A program made the translations under genes and the position numbers. Positions 48,200 to 58,744 of a stretch of DNA of 64,000 nucleotides are shown piece after piece. The notes under the pieces were generated by a model that was given only the letters and a program-made list of their open reading frames with translations, did not search any database and had not been told where the DNA came from. Position 1 is the first letter of the stretch, and each line of letters begins with the position of its first letter. The DNA lies in contig NC_091291.1 of NCBI RefSeq assembly GCF_032444005.1, positions 22,692,001 through 22,756,000 on the forward strand, read 5' to 3'. This DNA comes from Ranitomeya imitator (Eukaryota).

Positions 48200-50350
48200 G
48201 GGTGCTGACCTCTGCGCTCCCGCGGCGCTGACCTCTGAGCTCCCCCTTTGCTGACCTCCGAGCTCCCCCGGCGCTGACCTCTGCGCTCCCCCGGCGCTGA
48301 CCTCTCAGCTTCCCCATCGCTGACCTCCGAGCTCCCCCGGCGCTGACCTCTGCGCTCCCCCGGCGCTGACCTCCGAGCTTCCCCAGCGCTGACCTCCGCT
48401 CTCCCCTGGCGCTGACCTCCGCGCTCCCTGGCGCTGACCTACGAGCTCCCCCAGCGCTGACCTCCGCGCTCCCCTGGTGCTGACCTCCGCACTCCCACGG
48501 CGCTGACCTCCGAGCTTCCCCAGCGCTGACCTCCGCGCTCCCCTGGCACTGACCTCTGCCCCCCTATCGCTGACCCCCGAGCTCCCCCGGCGCTGACCTT
48601 AGCGCTCCCCTGGTGCTGACGTCCGAGCTTCCCCAGCGCTGACCTCCACGCTCCCCTGGCGCTGACCTCTTCACTCCCACAGCGCTGACCTCTGAGCTTC
48701 CCCAGCGCTGACCTCTGCGTTCCCCTGGTGCTGACCTTCGAGCTCCCCCAGCACTGACCTCCGCGCTCCCCCGGCGCTGACCTCCGAACTTCCCCAGCGC
48801 TGACCTCCGCTCTCCCCTGGCGCTGACCTCCGCGCTCCCCCGGCGCTGACTTCCAAGCTCCCCCGGCGCTGACCTCTGCGCTCCCCCGGTGCTGACCTCT
48901 GAGCTTCCCCAGCGCTGACCTCCGCGCTCCCCTGGCACTGACCTCTGCACTTCCACGGCGCTGACCTCCAAGCTTCCCCAGCGCTGACCTCTGCGCTCCC
49001 CTGGCACTGACCTCTGCCCCCCCTATCGCTGACCTCCGAGCTCCCCTGGCGCTGACCTTTGCGCTCCCCCGGTGCTGACATCCGAGCTTCCCCAGCGCTG
49101 ACCTCCGCGCTCCCCTGGCGCTGACCTCTGCGCTCCCCCGGTGCTGACCTTCGAGCTCCCCCAGCACTGACCTCTGCGCTCCCCTGGCGCTGACCTCTAC
49201 ACTTCCTCATCGCTGACCTTTGAGCTCCCCCGGTGCTGACCTCTGCACTCCCCCGGTGCTGAACTCCGAGCTCCCCCATCACTGACCTCCACGCTCCTCC
49301 GGCGCTGACCTCCGAGCGCCATCGGTGCTAACCTCTGCGCTCCCCTGGTGCTGACCTCCGAGCTTCTCCGGCGCTGACCTCCGAGCTCCCTCGGTGCTAA
49401 CCTCTGCGCTCCCCCGGTGCTGACCTCCGAGCTTCCCCAGCGCTGACCTCTGCGTTCCCCTGGTGCTGACCTTCGAGCTCCCCCAGCACTGACCTCTGCA
49501 CTCCCACAGCGCTGACCTCTGCGTTCCCCTGGTGCTGACCTTCGAGCTCCCCCAGCACTGACCTCCGCGCTCCCCCGGCGCTGACCTCCGAGCTCCCCCG
49601 GCGCTGACCTCTGCGCTCCCCCGGTGCTGACCTCTGAGCTTCTCCAGCGCTGACCTCCGCGCTCCCCTGGCGCTGATCTCTGCACTTCCACGGCGCTGAC
49701 CTCCAAGCTTCCCCAGCGCTGACCTCCGCGCTCCCCTGGCACTGACCTCTGCCCCCCCTATCGCTGACCTCCAAGCTCCCCTGGCGCTGACCTTTGCGCT
49801 CCCCCGGTGCTGACGTCCGAGCTTCCCCAGCGCTGACTTCCGCGCTCCCCTTTCGCTGACCTCTGCGCTCCCCGGGTGCTGACCTTCGAGCTCCCCCAGC
49901 ACTGACCTCTGCGCTCCCCTGGCGCTGACCTCTGCACTTCCTCATCGCTGACCTTTGAGCTCCCGCGGTGCTGACCTCTGCGCTCCCCCGGTGCTGAACT
50001 CCGAGCTCCCCCATCACTGACCTCCGCGCTCCTCCGGCGCTGACCTCCGAGCTCCATCGGTGCTAACCTCTGCGCTCCCCCGGTGCTGACCTCTGCGCTC
50101 CCCAGGTGCTGACCTCCGAGCTTCCCCAGCACTGACCTCCACGCTCCCCTGGCGCTGACCTACGCACTCCCACGTTGCTGTCCTCCGAGCTTCCCCAGCG
50201 CTGACCTCTGCACTCCCACATCGCTGACCTCCGAGCTGCCCCGGCGTTGACCTCTGCGCTTCCCCGGCGCTGAACTCCGATATTCCCTAGCGCTGACCTC
50301 CGCGTTCCCCTGGCGCTGACCTCCGCGCTCCCCCGGTGCTGACCTCCAAG
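48200..50350. repeat. 23-bp pyrimidine-rich satellite gctgacctc(c/t)g(a/c)gctcccc(c/t)g, paralog B intron 2
   Basis: Direct periodicity with larger block duplications. Confidence 0.96.
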
Positions 50351-50369
50351 CTCTCATTTGTCTCCGCAG

Positions 50370-50495
50370 CGCTCTTGGGCTTCGCCGCGATGGTTCATTC
50401 AGTCGTTGTGTTCAACTCATTATTCGGGTCATTCTACACTTTCTCCTGGTCCTTCGCTGTGGGATGGCTGTCTGTGCTGACCGCGGCCATGTCAG
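50370..50495 (+). CDS. Paralog B, exon 3 (TLLGFAAMVHS...FYTFSWSFAVGWLSVLTAAMS)
   Basis: 126 nt, phase 1/1; tctccgcag acceptor, G|gtacgg donor; family motif FSWSFxxGW. Confidence 0.85.
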
Positions 50496-50509
50496 GTACG
50501 GTATAGGCT

Positions 50510-51320
50510 TAGATGCACAGCTCAGCAGATGGTGTCACACATGATAGGATTAGATACACAGCTCAGCAGTATCACACAGGAGAGGATTAGATACACAGCT
50601 CAGCATACAGTATCACACAGGAGAAGATTAGATACACAGCTCAGCAGTCAGTATCACACAGGAAAGGATTAGATACATAGCTCAGCAGACAGTATCATAC
50701 AGGATAGGATTAGATACACGGCTCAGCAGTCAGTATCACACAGGATAGGATTAGATACACAGCTCAGCAGTCAGTATCACACGGGATAGGATTAGATACA
50801 CAGCTCAGCAGATGGTATCACACAGGATAGAATTAGATACATGGCTCAGCAGACAGTAGCACACAGGACAGGATTAGATACATAGCTCAGCAGATGGTAT
50901 CACACAGGATAGGATTAGATACACAGCTCAGCAGACAGTATCACACAGGAAAGGATTAGAAACATAGCTCAGCAGATGGTATCACACAGGATAGGATTAG
51001 ATACACAGCCCAGCAGTCAGTATCACACAGGATAGGATTAGATACACGGCTCAGCAGACAGTATCACACAGGATAGGATTAGATACATAGCTCAGCAGTC
51101 AGTATCACACAGGATAGGATTAGATACACAGCTCAGCAGACAGTATCACACAAGATAGGATTAGATGCATGGTTCAGGAGACAGTATCACACAGGAGAAG
51201 ATTAGATACACGGCTCAGCAGTCAGTATCACACAGGATAGGATTAGATACACAGCTCAGCAGACAGTATCACACAGGATAGGATTAGATACACAGCTCAG
51301 CAGACAGTATGATAGGCTTA
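50510..51320. repeat. 41-bp satellite filling paralog B intron 3
   Basis: cagtatcacacaggataggattagatacacagctcagcag unit; same family as 58745-63060. Confidence 0.95.
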
Positions 51321-51362
51321 GATACATGTATCTATTCTCATGTTTCTTCTGCTGCTTCTCAG

Positions 51363-51526
51363 CTGCTCTCAGTTTCTTCTTATTTCGGACGGCACCAAAG
51401 ACGACATCGGATGAATCATCATCATCCTCCGCCCCAACCGCCATCGTGACCGTCACTGGGAACACTCAGAATCCTCCAGCGACCAAAGAAGGGATCGTCC
51501 CCCCACCCCAATATATTGTACAGTGA
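51363..51526 (+). CDS. Paralog B, exon 4 (AALSFFLFRT...GIVPPPQYIVQ*)
   Basis: Acceptor gcttctcag at 51362, phase 1; TGA ends at 51526; AATAAA at 51556-51561; total CDS 606 nt = 201 aa. Confidence 0.75.
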
Positions 51527-52799
51527 TGCCCCCCGAACTGATTCCAAATGAAATCAATAAATCATTGTGTTTTATTGACCCTTTTATTGAGAAAGTATTT
51601 ACACCCTGTGACCTTTTTCACATTGTTTTTCCAAGTTACACCCAAAAACTTAAATGTATTTTCTGTGACACTAAGACGCCAGTATCTGTGACGTGTTAGG
51701 CAAATGATACAAGGTTTCCATTTGTATTCAGCCCTCTGTATTCTGATGCCCCTAAATAAAATCCTGAGGGACCAATCATCTGGAGAAGTCACATAATTAG
51801 TTCATTGTGTCCCCCTGGGTGTGATTTCTGCTCAGTATAACTACAGATGTTCTGTGAAGGCCTAAGAGGTTTGTGTGAGGACATAAGGGATCAAATAGCA
51901 ACATAAAATCCAAGGAGCCCACCAGACAGGTCAAGGATAAAGTTGTGTAAAAGAGTAAACCGGGTTAGGTCATAAAAATATAGCCCAAGCTCCTAACATG
52001 TCTCGGAGCAGTGTTCAATCCATCATCCAAAAGTGTCACAATTGCAAACCCACCAAGACATGGCCGTCCACCTAAACTGACAACTCAAGGAAGGAAAACG
52101 TTACGTAACGGAGCAACCAAGAGGTTCATGGTCACTCTCGAGAAGCTGCAGAGATCCACAGCTCAGGTGGGAGAATCTGCCCATAGGACAACTATTAATA
52201 TACTCCAGAAATCTGGCTTTTATAGAACAGTGGAAAGAAGAAAACCATTTTTGAAAGCCATAAGAAGTCCCGTTTCCAGTTCGCAAAAAGCCATGTAGGG
52301 GACACAGCGAGCATCTGAAATAAGGGGCTCTGATCAGATGAGACCAAAGGAAAACTTTTTAGGCCAAATGCAAAACGGTATGTGTGGTGAAAAAATAACA
52401 CTGCTCATCACTGTGAAAACATCATCCCCACAGTTACACGTGGTGGAGGCTGCATCCTGCTGTGGGGAGGCTTTTCTTCAGCAGGGGCAGGAAAGCTCGT
52501 CAGAGTTGATGGGAAGATGGATGGAGATAAATACAGGGCAATCCTGGAGGAAAACCTGTTAGAGGCTGGAAAAAAACTTGAGACTGGGGTGTAGGTTCAC
52601 CTTCCAGCAGGACAGCAACCCTAAACATACTTCCATAACTACAATGGACGGATGAGATGAGGCCTGCACATGGCTTGAACAACATACAGCCCACCAAATT
52701 CACGTTTCTCAGATGCAAATACATGAGGGTGACCATTTTGAAATGGGCCATAATTTCGCAAGGGGTGGGGGGTACTTTATTCAGAGGTGCTGGGCATGT

Positions 52800-54745
52800 T
52801 TTACAGAGGCTCAGTGTCTGTGTGTTGGGGGATATTTTGCAGAGCGGCAGTGTGAGAGGGGATATTTTGGAGATGGGCAGTATGGGGTGGGATATTTTGG
52901 AGAAGGGCAGTGGGAGGGGGATATTTTGGAGAACTGCAATAAGCGGTGGGATATTTTGGAGAAGGCAGCATGAGGGGGATATTTTGGAGAAGGTTAGTAC
53001 AGGGTGGGATATTTTCGAGAAGGGCAGTACAGGGTGGGATATTTTGGAGAAGGGTAGTGTGAGGGGGATATTTTGGAGAAGGGCAGTACGTGGTGGGATA
53101 TTTTGGAGAAGGGCAGTGGGAGGGGGATATTTTGGAGAACTGCTGTAAGTGGTGGGATATTTTGGAAAAGGCAGTGTGAGGGGGATATTTTGGAGAAGGG
53201 CAGTACGGGGTGGGATATTTTGGAGAAGGGCAGTACGGTGTGGGATATTTTGGAGGAGGGTAGCGTGAGGGGGGATATTTTGGAGAAGGGCAGTTTGAGG
53301 AGAATATTTTGGACATGTGCAGTGTGAGGGAGGATATTTTGGAGAAGGGCAGTGTGAGGGATATTTTGGAGAAGGGCAGTACTGGGTGGGATATTTTGGA
53401 GAAGGGCAGTGTGAGGGGGATTTTTTGGAGAAGGGCAGTGTGAGGGGATATTTTGGAGAAGAGCAGTACTGGGTGGGATATTTTGGAGAAGGGCAGTGTG
53501 AGGGGGATATTTTGGAGAAGGGCAGTGTGAGGGGGATTTTTTGGAGAAGGGCAGTGTGAGGGGGATATTTTGGAGAAGGGCAGTGTGAGGGGGATATTTT
53601 GGAGAAGGGCAGTGTGAGGGGATATTTTGGAGAAGGGCAGTGTGAGGGGGATATTTTGGAGAAGGACAGTGTGAGGGGGGATATTTTGGAGAAGGGCAGT
53701 GTGGGGATATTTTGGAGAAGGGCAGTGTGAGGGGATATTTTGGAGAAGGGCAGTGTGGAGATATTTTGGAGAAGGGCAGTGTGAGGGGGGATATTTTGGA
53801 GAAGGGCAGTGTGAGGGGATATTTTGGAGATGGGCAGTGTGAGGGAGATATTTTGGAGAAGGGCAGTGTGAGGGGATATTTTGGAGAAGGGTAGCGTGAG
53901 GGGGAAATTTTGGAGAAGGGCAGTGTGGGGGGATATTTTGGAGAAGGGCTGTACGGGGTGGGATATTTTGGAGAAGGGCAGTGTGAGGGGGGATATTTTG
54001 GAGATGGGCAGTGTGAAGGAGATATTTTGGAGAAGGGCAGTGTGAGGGGATATTTTGGAGAAGGGCAGTGTGAGGGGATATTTTGGAGAAGGGCAGTGAG
54101 AGAGGGGATATTTTGGAGATGGGCAGTGTGAGGGAGATATTTTGGAGAAGGGCAGTGTGAGGGGGGATATTTTGGAGAAGGGTAGCGTGAGGGGGAAATT
54201 TTGGAGAAGGTCAGTGTGGGGGGATATTTTGGAGAAGGGCTGTACGGGGTGGGATATTTTGGAGAAGGGTAGTGTGAGGGGATATTTTGGAGATGAGCAG
54301 TGTGAGGGAGATATTTTGGAGAAGGGCAGTGTGAGGGGGGATATTTTGGAGAAGGGTAGCGTGAGGGGGAAATTTTGGAGAAGGGCAGTGTGGGGGGATA
54401 TTTTGGAGAAGGGCTGTACGGGGTGGGATATTTTGGAGAAGGGCAGTGTGAGGGATATTTTGGAGAAGGGCAGTATGGGGTGGGATATTTTGGAGAAGGG
54501 CAGTGTGAGGGGGATATTTTGGAGAAGGGCAGTGTGGGAGATATTTTGGAGAAGGGCAGTGAGGGGGGATATTTTGGAGAAGGGCAGTGTGAGGGGGATA
54601 TTTTGGAGAAGGGCAGTGTGAGGGGGATATTTTGGAGAAGGGCAGTGTGAGGGGGATATGTTGGAGAAGGGCAGTGTGAGGGGGATATTTTGGAGAAGGG
54701 CAGTGTGAGGGGGATATTTTGGAGAAGGGCAGTACGAGGGTGGAT
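52800..54745. repeat. 29-30-bp G-rich minisatellite ggatattttggagaagggcagtgtgagggg
   Basis: Direct periodicity. Confidence 0.96.
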
Positions 54746-55244
54746 AGTTTGGAGAAGGGCAGAGTGGGGAGGGGTTCTTTATGCAGGATGCACAGGCAAT
54801 TTATTCAGGGGTGCAGCATGGGAGATATCTTTATGGGGCAGTATAATGATGCTTACATTTTTAAGGGCACAGTGACGGGAATCGCTGCTGATGACGGAGA
54901 AGAAGTGAATCAATAGAGACGAGCTCTGGACATGAAATCTCGTCATGGCGTCTGTAGTACATGGAGACAAAAAGCGATGGGAACAACTTCAATCAGAGAA
55001 GATGTCATCTGCAAGGTACCTGGATGTAATTGTTTATTTGTGATGCTGACTACGTCTCCTCAGTACTGTAATTCCTGTCTGATAATGCCTGGTAACAACA
55101 ACAACTCCCAGCATCTCCTTATCATTGTTAAAGGCATACTAGGAGTTGTAGGTTCATGCGATACAATTGTACATGGGCCGGACATGACATTGCAGTTGAT
55201 CGCTGTACTAAGCTTGGAGATTTATTTATGTACCGACATCGGTT

Positions 55245-55680
55245 CTGGTGCTGCATTCATGTGCTGGTGGTGGTTCTGGTGCTTCATTCATGTGCTGTGG
55301 TGGTTCTGGTGCTGCATTCATGTGCTGATGGTGGTTCTGGTGCTGCATTCATGCGCTGATGGTGGGTCTGGTGCTGCATTCATGTGCTGTGGTGGTTCTG
55401 GTGCTGCATTCATGTGCTAATGGTGGTTCTGGTGCTGCATTCATGCGCTGATGGTGGTTCTGGTGCTGCATTCATGTGCTGTGGTGGTTCTGGTGCTGCA
55501 TTCATGTGCTGATGGTGGTTCTGGTGCTGCATTCATGTGCTGATGGTGGTTCTGGTGCTGCATTCATGCGCTGATGGTGGGTCTGGTGCTGCATTCATGT
55601 GCTGATGGTGGTTCTGGTGCTGCATTCATGTGCTGATGGTGGTTCTGGTGCTGCATTCATGTGCTGATGGTGGTTCTGGT
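55245..55680. repeat. About 31-bp tandem repeat ggtggttctggtgctgcattcatgtgctgat
   Basis: Direct periodicity. Confidence 0.94.
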
Positions 55681-55711
55681 TTTATACACATGTAGCAATC
55701 CAAAACTTGAT

Positions 55712-55770
55712 GGGCTTTGAACCCAGGACCTCAGCGCTGCAAGGCTAACCACTGAGGCACCGTGCTGCCC
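55712..55770 (-). mobile_element. 5' tRNA-like head fragment of the SINE
   Basis: Matches 32966-33031 (tttgaacccaggac...gcgctgcaagg...caccgtgctgccc). Confidence 0.7.
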
Positions 55771-57194
55771 TGTTAAAACTTAAAAATCCTCATAATTTAG
55801 AATTTTGAGATTATATGGAGAAATGGGCCAAATTGTGCTCAGTTTCTGTTCCAAAAACTCAGTGTAAGTTAAGAGTATGTTCAAACATAATTTTTGGAGC
55901 AGAATCTCTCTAAATCCTCATCAAATCCTCAAAACGTAGTTTTGGTGATGTATTCTTGTGAGTACCCCTTAATTTTTTGCTTCCCTTGGGATTGGTTCAG
56001 TACGGCATTGCGGCTCATGGACCAAAACATGTTGTCCAGCCCTGGCTTAGATCAGAGCATATTCACGTGTGTGAACGGCGCAGTCACAATCCAGACCCAA
56101 ATCCTAGAGAATCTGTGACAAATCGTGATAATAGCAGCTCACAGTCATCTCCATCCAATCTCACTGAGAGAGTGTGCAAAGAAAGGTGGTCCTACAAAGT
56201 ATTGACTCAGGGGGGCTGAATACAAATGCAAGTCTCAATTTATATTTTTGGAATATTTAGGAAACAATGTATCATTTCCTTGATACGTCACAAATACTCG
56301 CTACTTTGTGTTGGCGTCAAAATCTGGGAGTAATGTGAAAAAGTGGGGAAAAGTTCACGGGGTATGAATACTTTTTTCAAGTCACTGCATATAAGATCTG
56401 TTCTCATTATTTACATTTCTGCTGTGGAAATTAGTTCTGTTCCCTCCTGTAATAAAATCTAGTTATGAAAAGTCAGAGGAGCGGAATCTTTTGTAACTTA
56501 CAGGAACTGTGTAATTGGGATGTTTGGAAACACCCAGAGTTCATACATGTGCAACTTCCTAAACTCCGCACGTGCCGCATACAGAGGACGTGTGCAGTTC
56601 ATGAACAGAACTCCGGCAGCAGCAGTATATACTGACACAAATGAGAGAAAGCGGGATGGAACTTTAGCCACTAACAGGGGCTGTCGGTCGCTGATACACT
56701 GTAACAAACTGTGCCGCCCATATTCTTACATCATCATGATAGCTCTGGGTGGGGGGGGGGGGGTCTTGGATGGAAGCGTTTAGTGCCCCCATTATCTGAC
56801 ATCAGCGATGGATTAAATCAGCTTTATCAGAAAGCTGCAGATCTTTTTCTGACCCGGTGGCCCGGCGTTCTTCTGCTTTAATAAAACGCGTTGTCTCTTT
56901 AATAAACCACATAGAACCCGCCGTGTGTGATACAATGTAACAAGTTCTGATTCTATTTATTTATTTACACATTCCGGTGGTAAAATCACTTTTACGGCCA
57001 ATCAGAAATGAGGAAGTGATTGTGGCTGTAGCGGTGCGTGGCGTCGTACAGAGGAGCAGCTTGTGCTCCGCTACTTCTTTTAATTACAGCAGTAACCATG
57101 GAGACACGAGACGTTCACGGCGTCGCCACTAACGATATCATTCCTGGGGTCCCACCATGTGGCGTCACGAAAATGTCACATGATCTCCATATAG

Positions 57195-57925
57195 AAAGGG
57201 GCTGTCTGGCCAGAAAATATCAATGACCTATCCTTAAAGGGGATGTCTGGGCAGAAATTATTCATGACCTATCCTTAAAGGGGATGTCTGTATGGAAAAT
57301 ATTGATGACTTATCCTTAAAGGGGTTGCCTGGGCAGAAAATATTAATTACCTATCCTTAAAGGGGTTGTCTGGACAGAAAATATTGATGATCTCTATCCT
57401 TAAAGGGGCTGTCTGGACAGAAAATATTGATGATCTCTATCCTTAAAGGGGCTGTCTGGACAGAAAATATTGATGATCTATCCTTAAAGGACTTATCTGG
57501 CCGGAAAATTTTCATGACCGATCCTTAAAGGGGTTTTCTGGGCAAAATATATTGATGACCTATCCATAAACAGGTTGGATAAAAAATATTGATGACCTAT
57601 CCTTAAAGGGGTTGTCTAGATAGAAAAATATCAATAACCTATCCTTAAAGGGTTGTCTGAGTACAAAATATTCATGACCGAACCTTAAAGAGGTTGCCTG
57701 GACAGAAAATATTGATGATCTATCCTTAAAGGGGCTGTCTGGGCAGAAAATATTGATGACTTATCCTTAAAGGGGTTGTCTCGGCAGAAAATATTCATGA
57801 CCTATCCTTAAATGGGTTGTCTGGACATAAAATATTGATGATCTATCCTTAAAGGGGTTGTCTGGGCAGAAAAAAATTATGACTGATCCTTAAAGGGGTT
57901 GTCTGGATGGAAAATATTCATGACT
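57195..57925. repeat. About 41-bp tandem repeat built from a T2-MITE terminus
   Basis: Unit TTAAAGGGGTTGTCTGGGCAGAAAATATTGATGACCTATCC, about 17-18 copies. Confidence 0.9.
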
Positions 57926-58034
57926 TAATACATTGAATGGAGCTGTGCTCACTGGAGTTGTTTTCAGCTTTTAGGTGAAGGTACTGGTCGCCACTTTAAT
58001 TAAGCCTAGGTCATCAATATCTTATCGTTGGGTG

Positions 58035-58364
58035 TTCGTCACGGTATAAAAGTGGACGTAACGCAGGGCAACGTCTTAAAAAGTCTTAAAAAAGCTGCAG
58101 AGACGCTGATCCCTGGTGCTGTTACTTTGTTTCCTTTTCGGACATTGTTGCAGTGAACTTCTTGTTTCTACACTGGTGATTTTTCGCCCGGATGGGAGCC
58201 TGGACGGTTATTCGCTGCTCGCCGCCGATGCTGCCCGCAATGGCGCAACTCTTGCACAAGCCTGCAACGTCTCGGGGGGGATGGTGGGGTACATATAGTC
58301 GGATCTCACGTACAGTCCTGATTTCAGGGACCTGGGCGGCCATAGACATCATGACCACATTAAG
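58035..58364 (+). promoter_or_regulatory. Putative promoter and first exon of paralog C
   Basis: CGTCA half-CRE then TATAAAAG at 58045-58052; donor AAG|gtattt at 58365. Link to the exon at 63128 is inferred. Confidence 0.35.
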
Positions 58365-58744
58365 GTATTTGTGCCTTTTCTAAGGTTTCCCAAGGGGTAT
58401 AACAAATGACCAGGGGCCCCTAAACTGAGCTTAGCATAGGGCCCCACGGTCAGGGTCACAATGGGCGGTGATGAGGGATGGTGCTGCCCTGGAGCCTCAG
58501 TGTAGGAGCGCTGGGGGCATTAATTATCCCACCGGGCTATGCTGTAATGTGTATGTCAGCCACTGGGGGCGCGCTGACCTGTGCAAGGGGCAACTCCAGG
58601 GTCCTACATAGGGGTAGAGGGGTATTAGCCCCCAATCCTCCCCGGCCAATAACGTTACATCGTGCCGGACTCAACTAGGTCAGCGGATATTTCTAGGGGG
58701 GAAATCACTGACATCGCAACTACGGAAATAATATGAAAAAAGGA

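Larger units (their letters stand above)
51588..56387 (+). mobile_element. Tc1-like transposon relic split by later insertions
   Basis: Transposase fragments GRPPKL...MVTLEKLQRSTAQVGES...RRKPFL (52011-52298) and a WSDETK-like segment near 52330; 3' part resumes at about 56030; termini aaagtatttacaccc (left) and ggggtatgaatactttttt...cactg (right). Confidence 0.7.
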
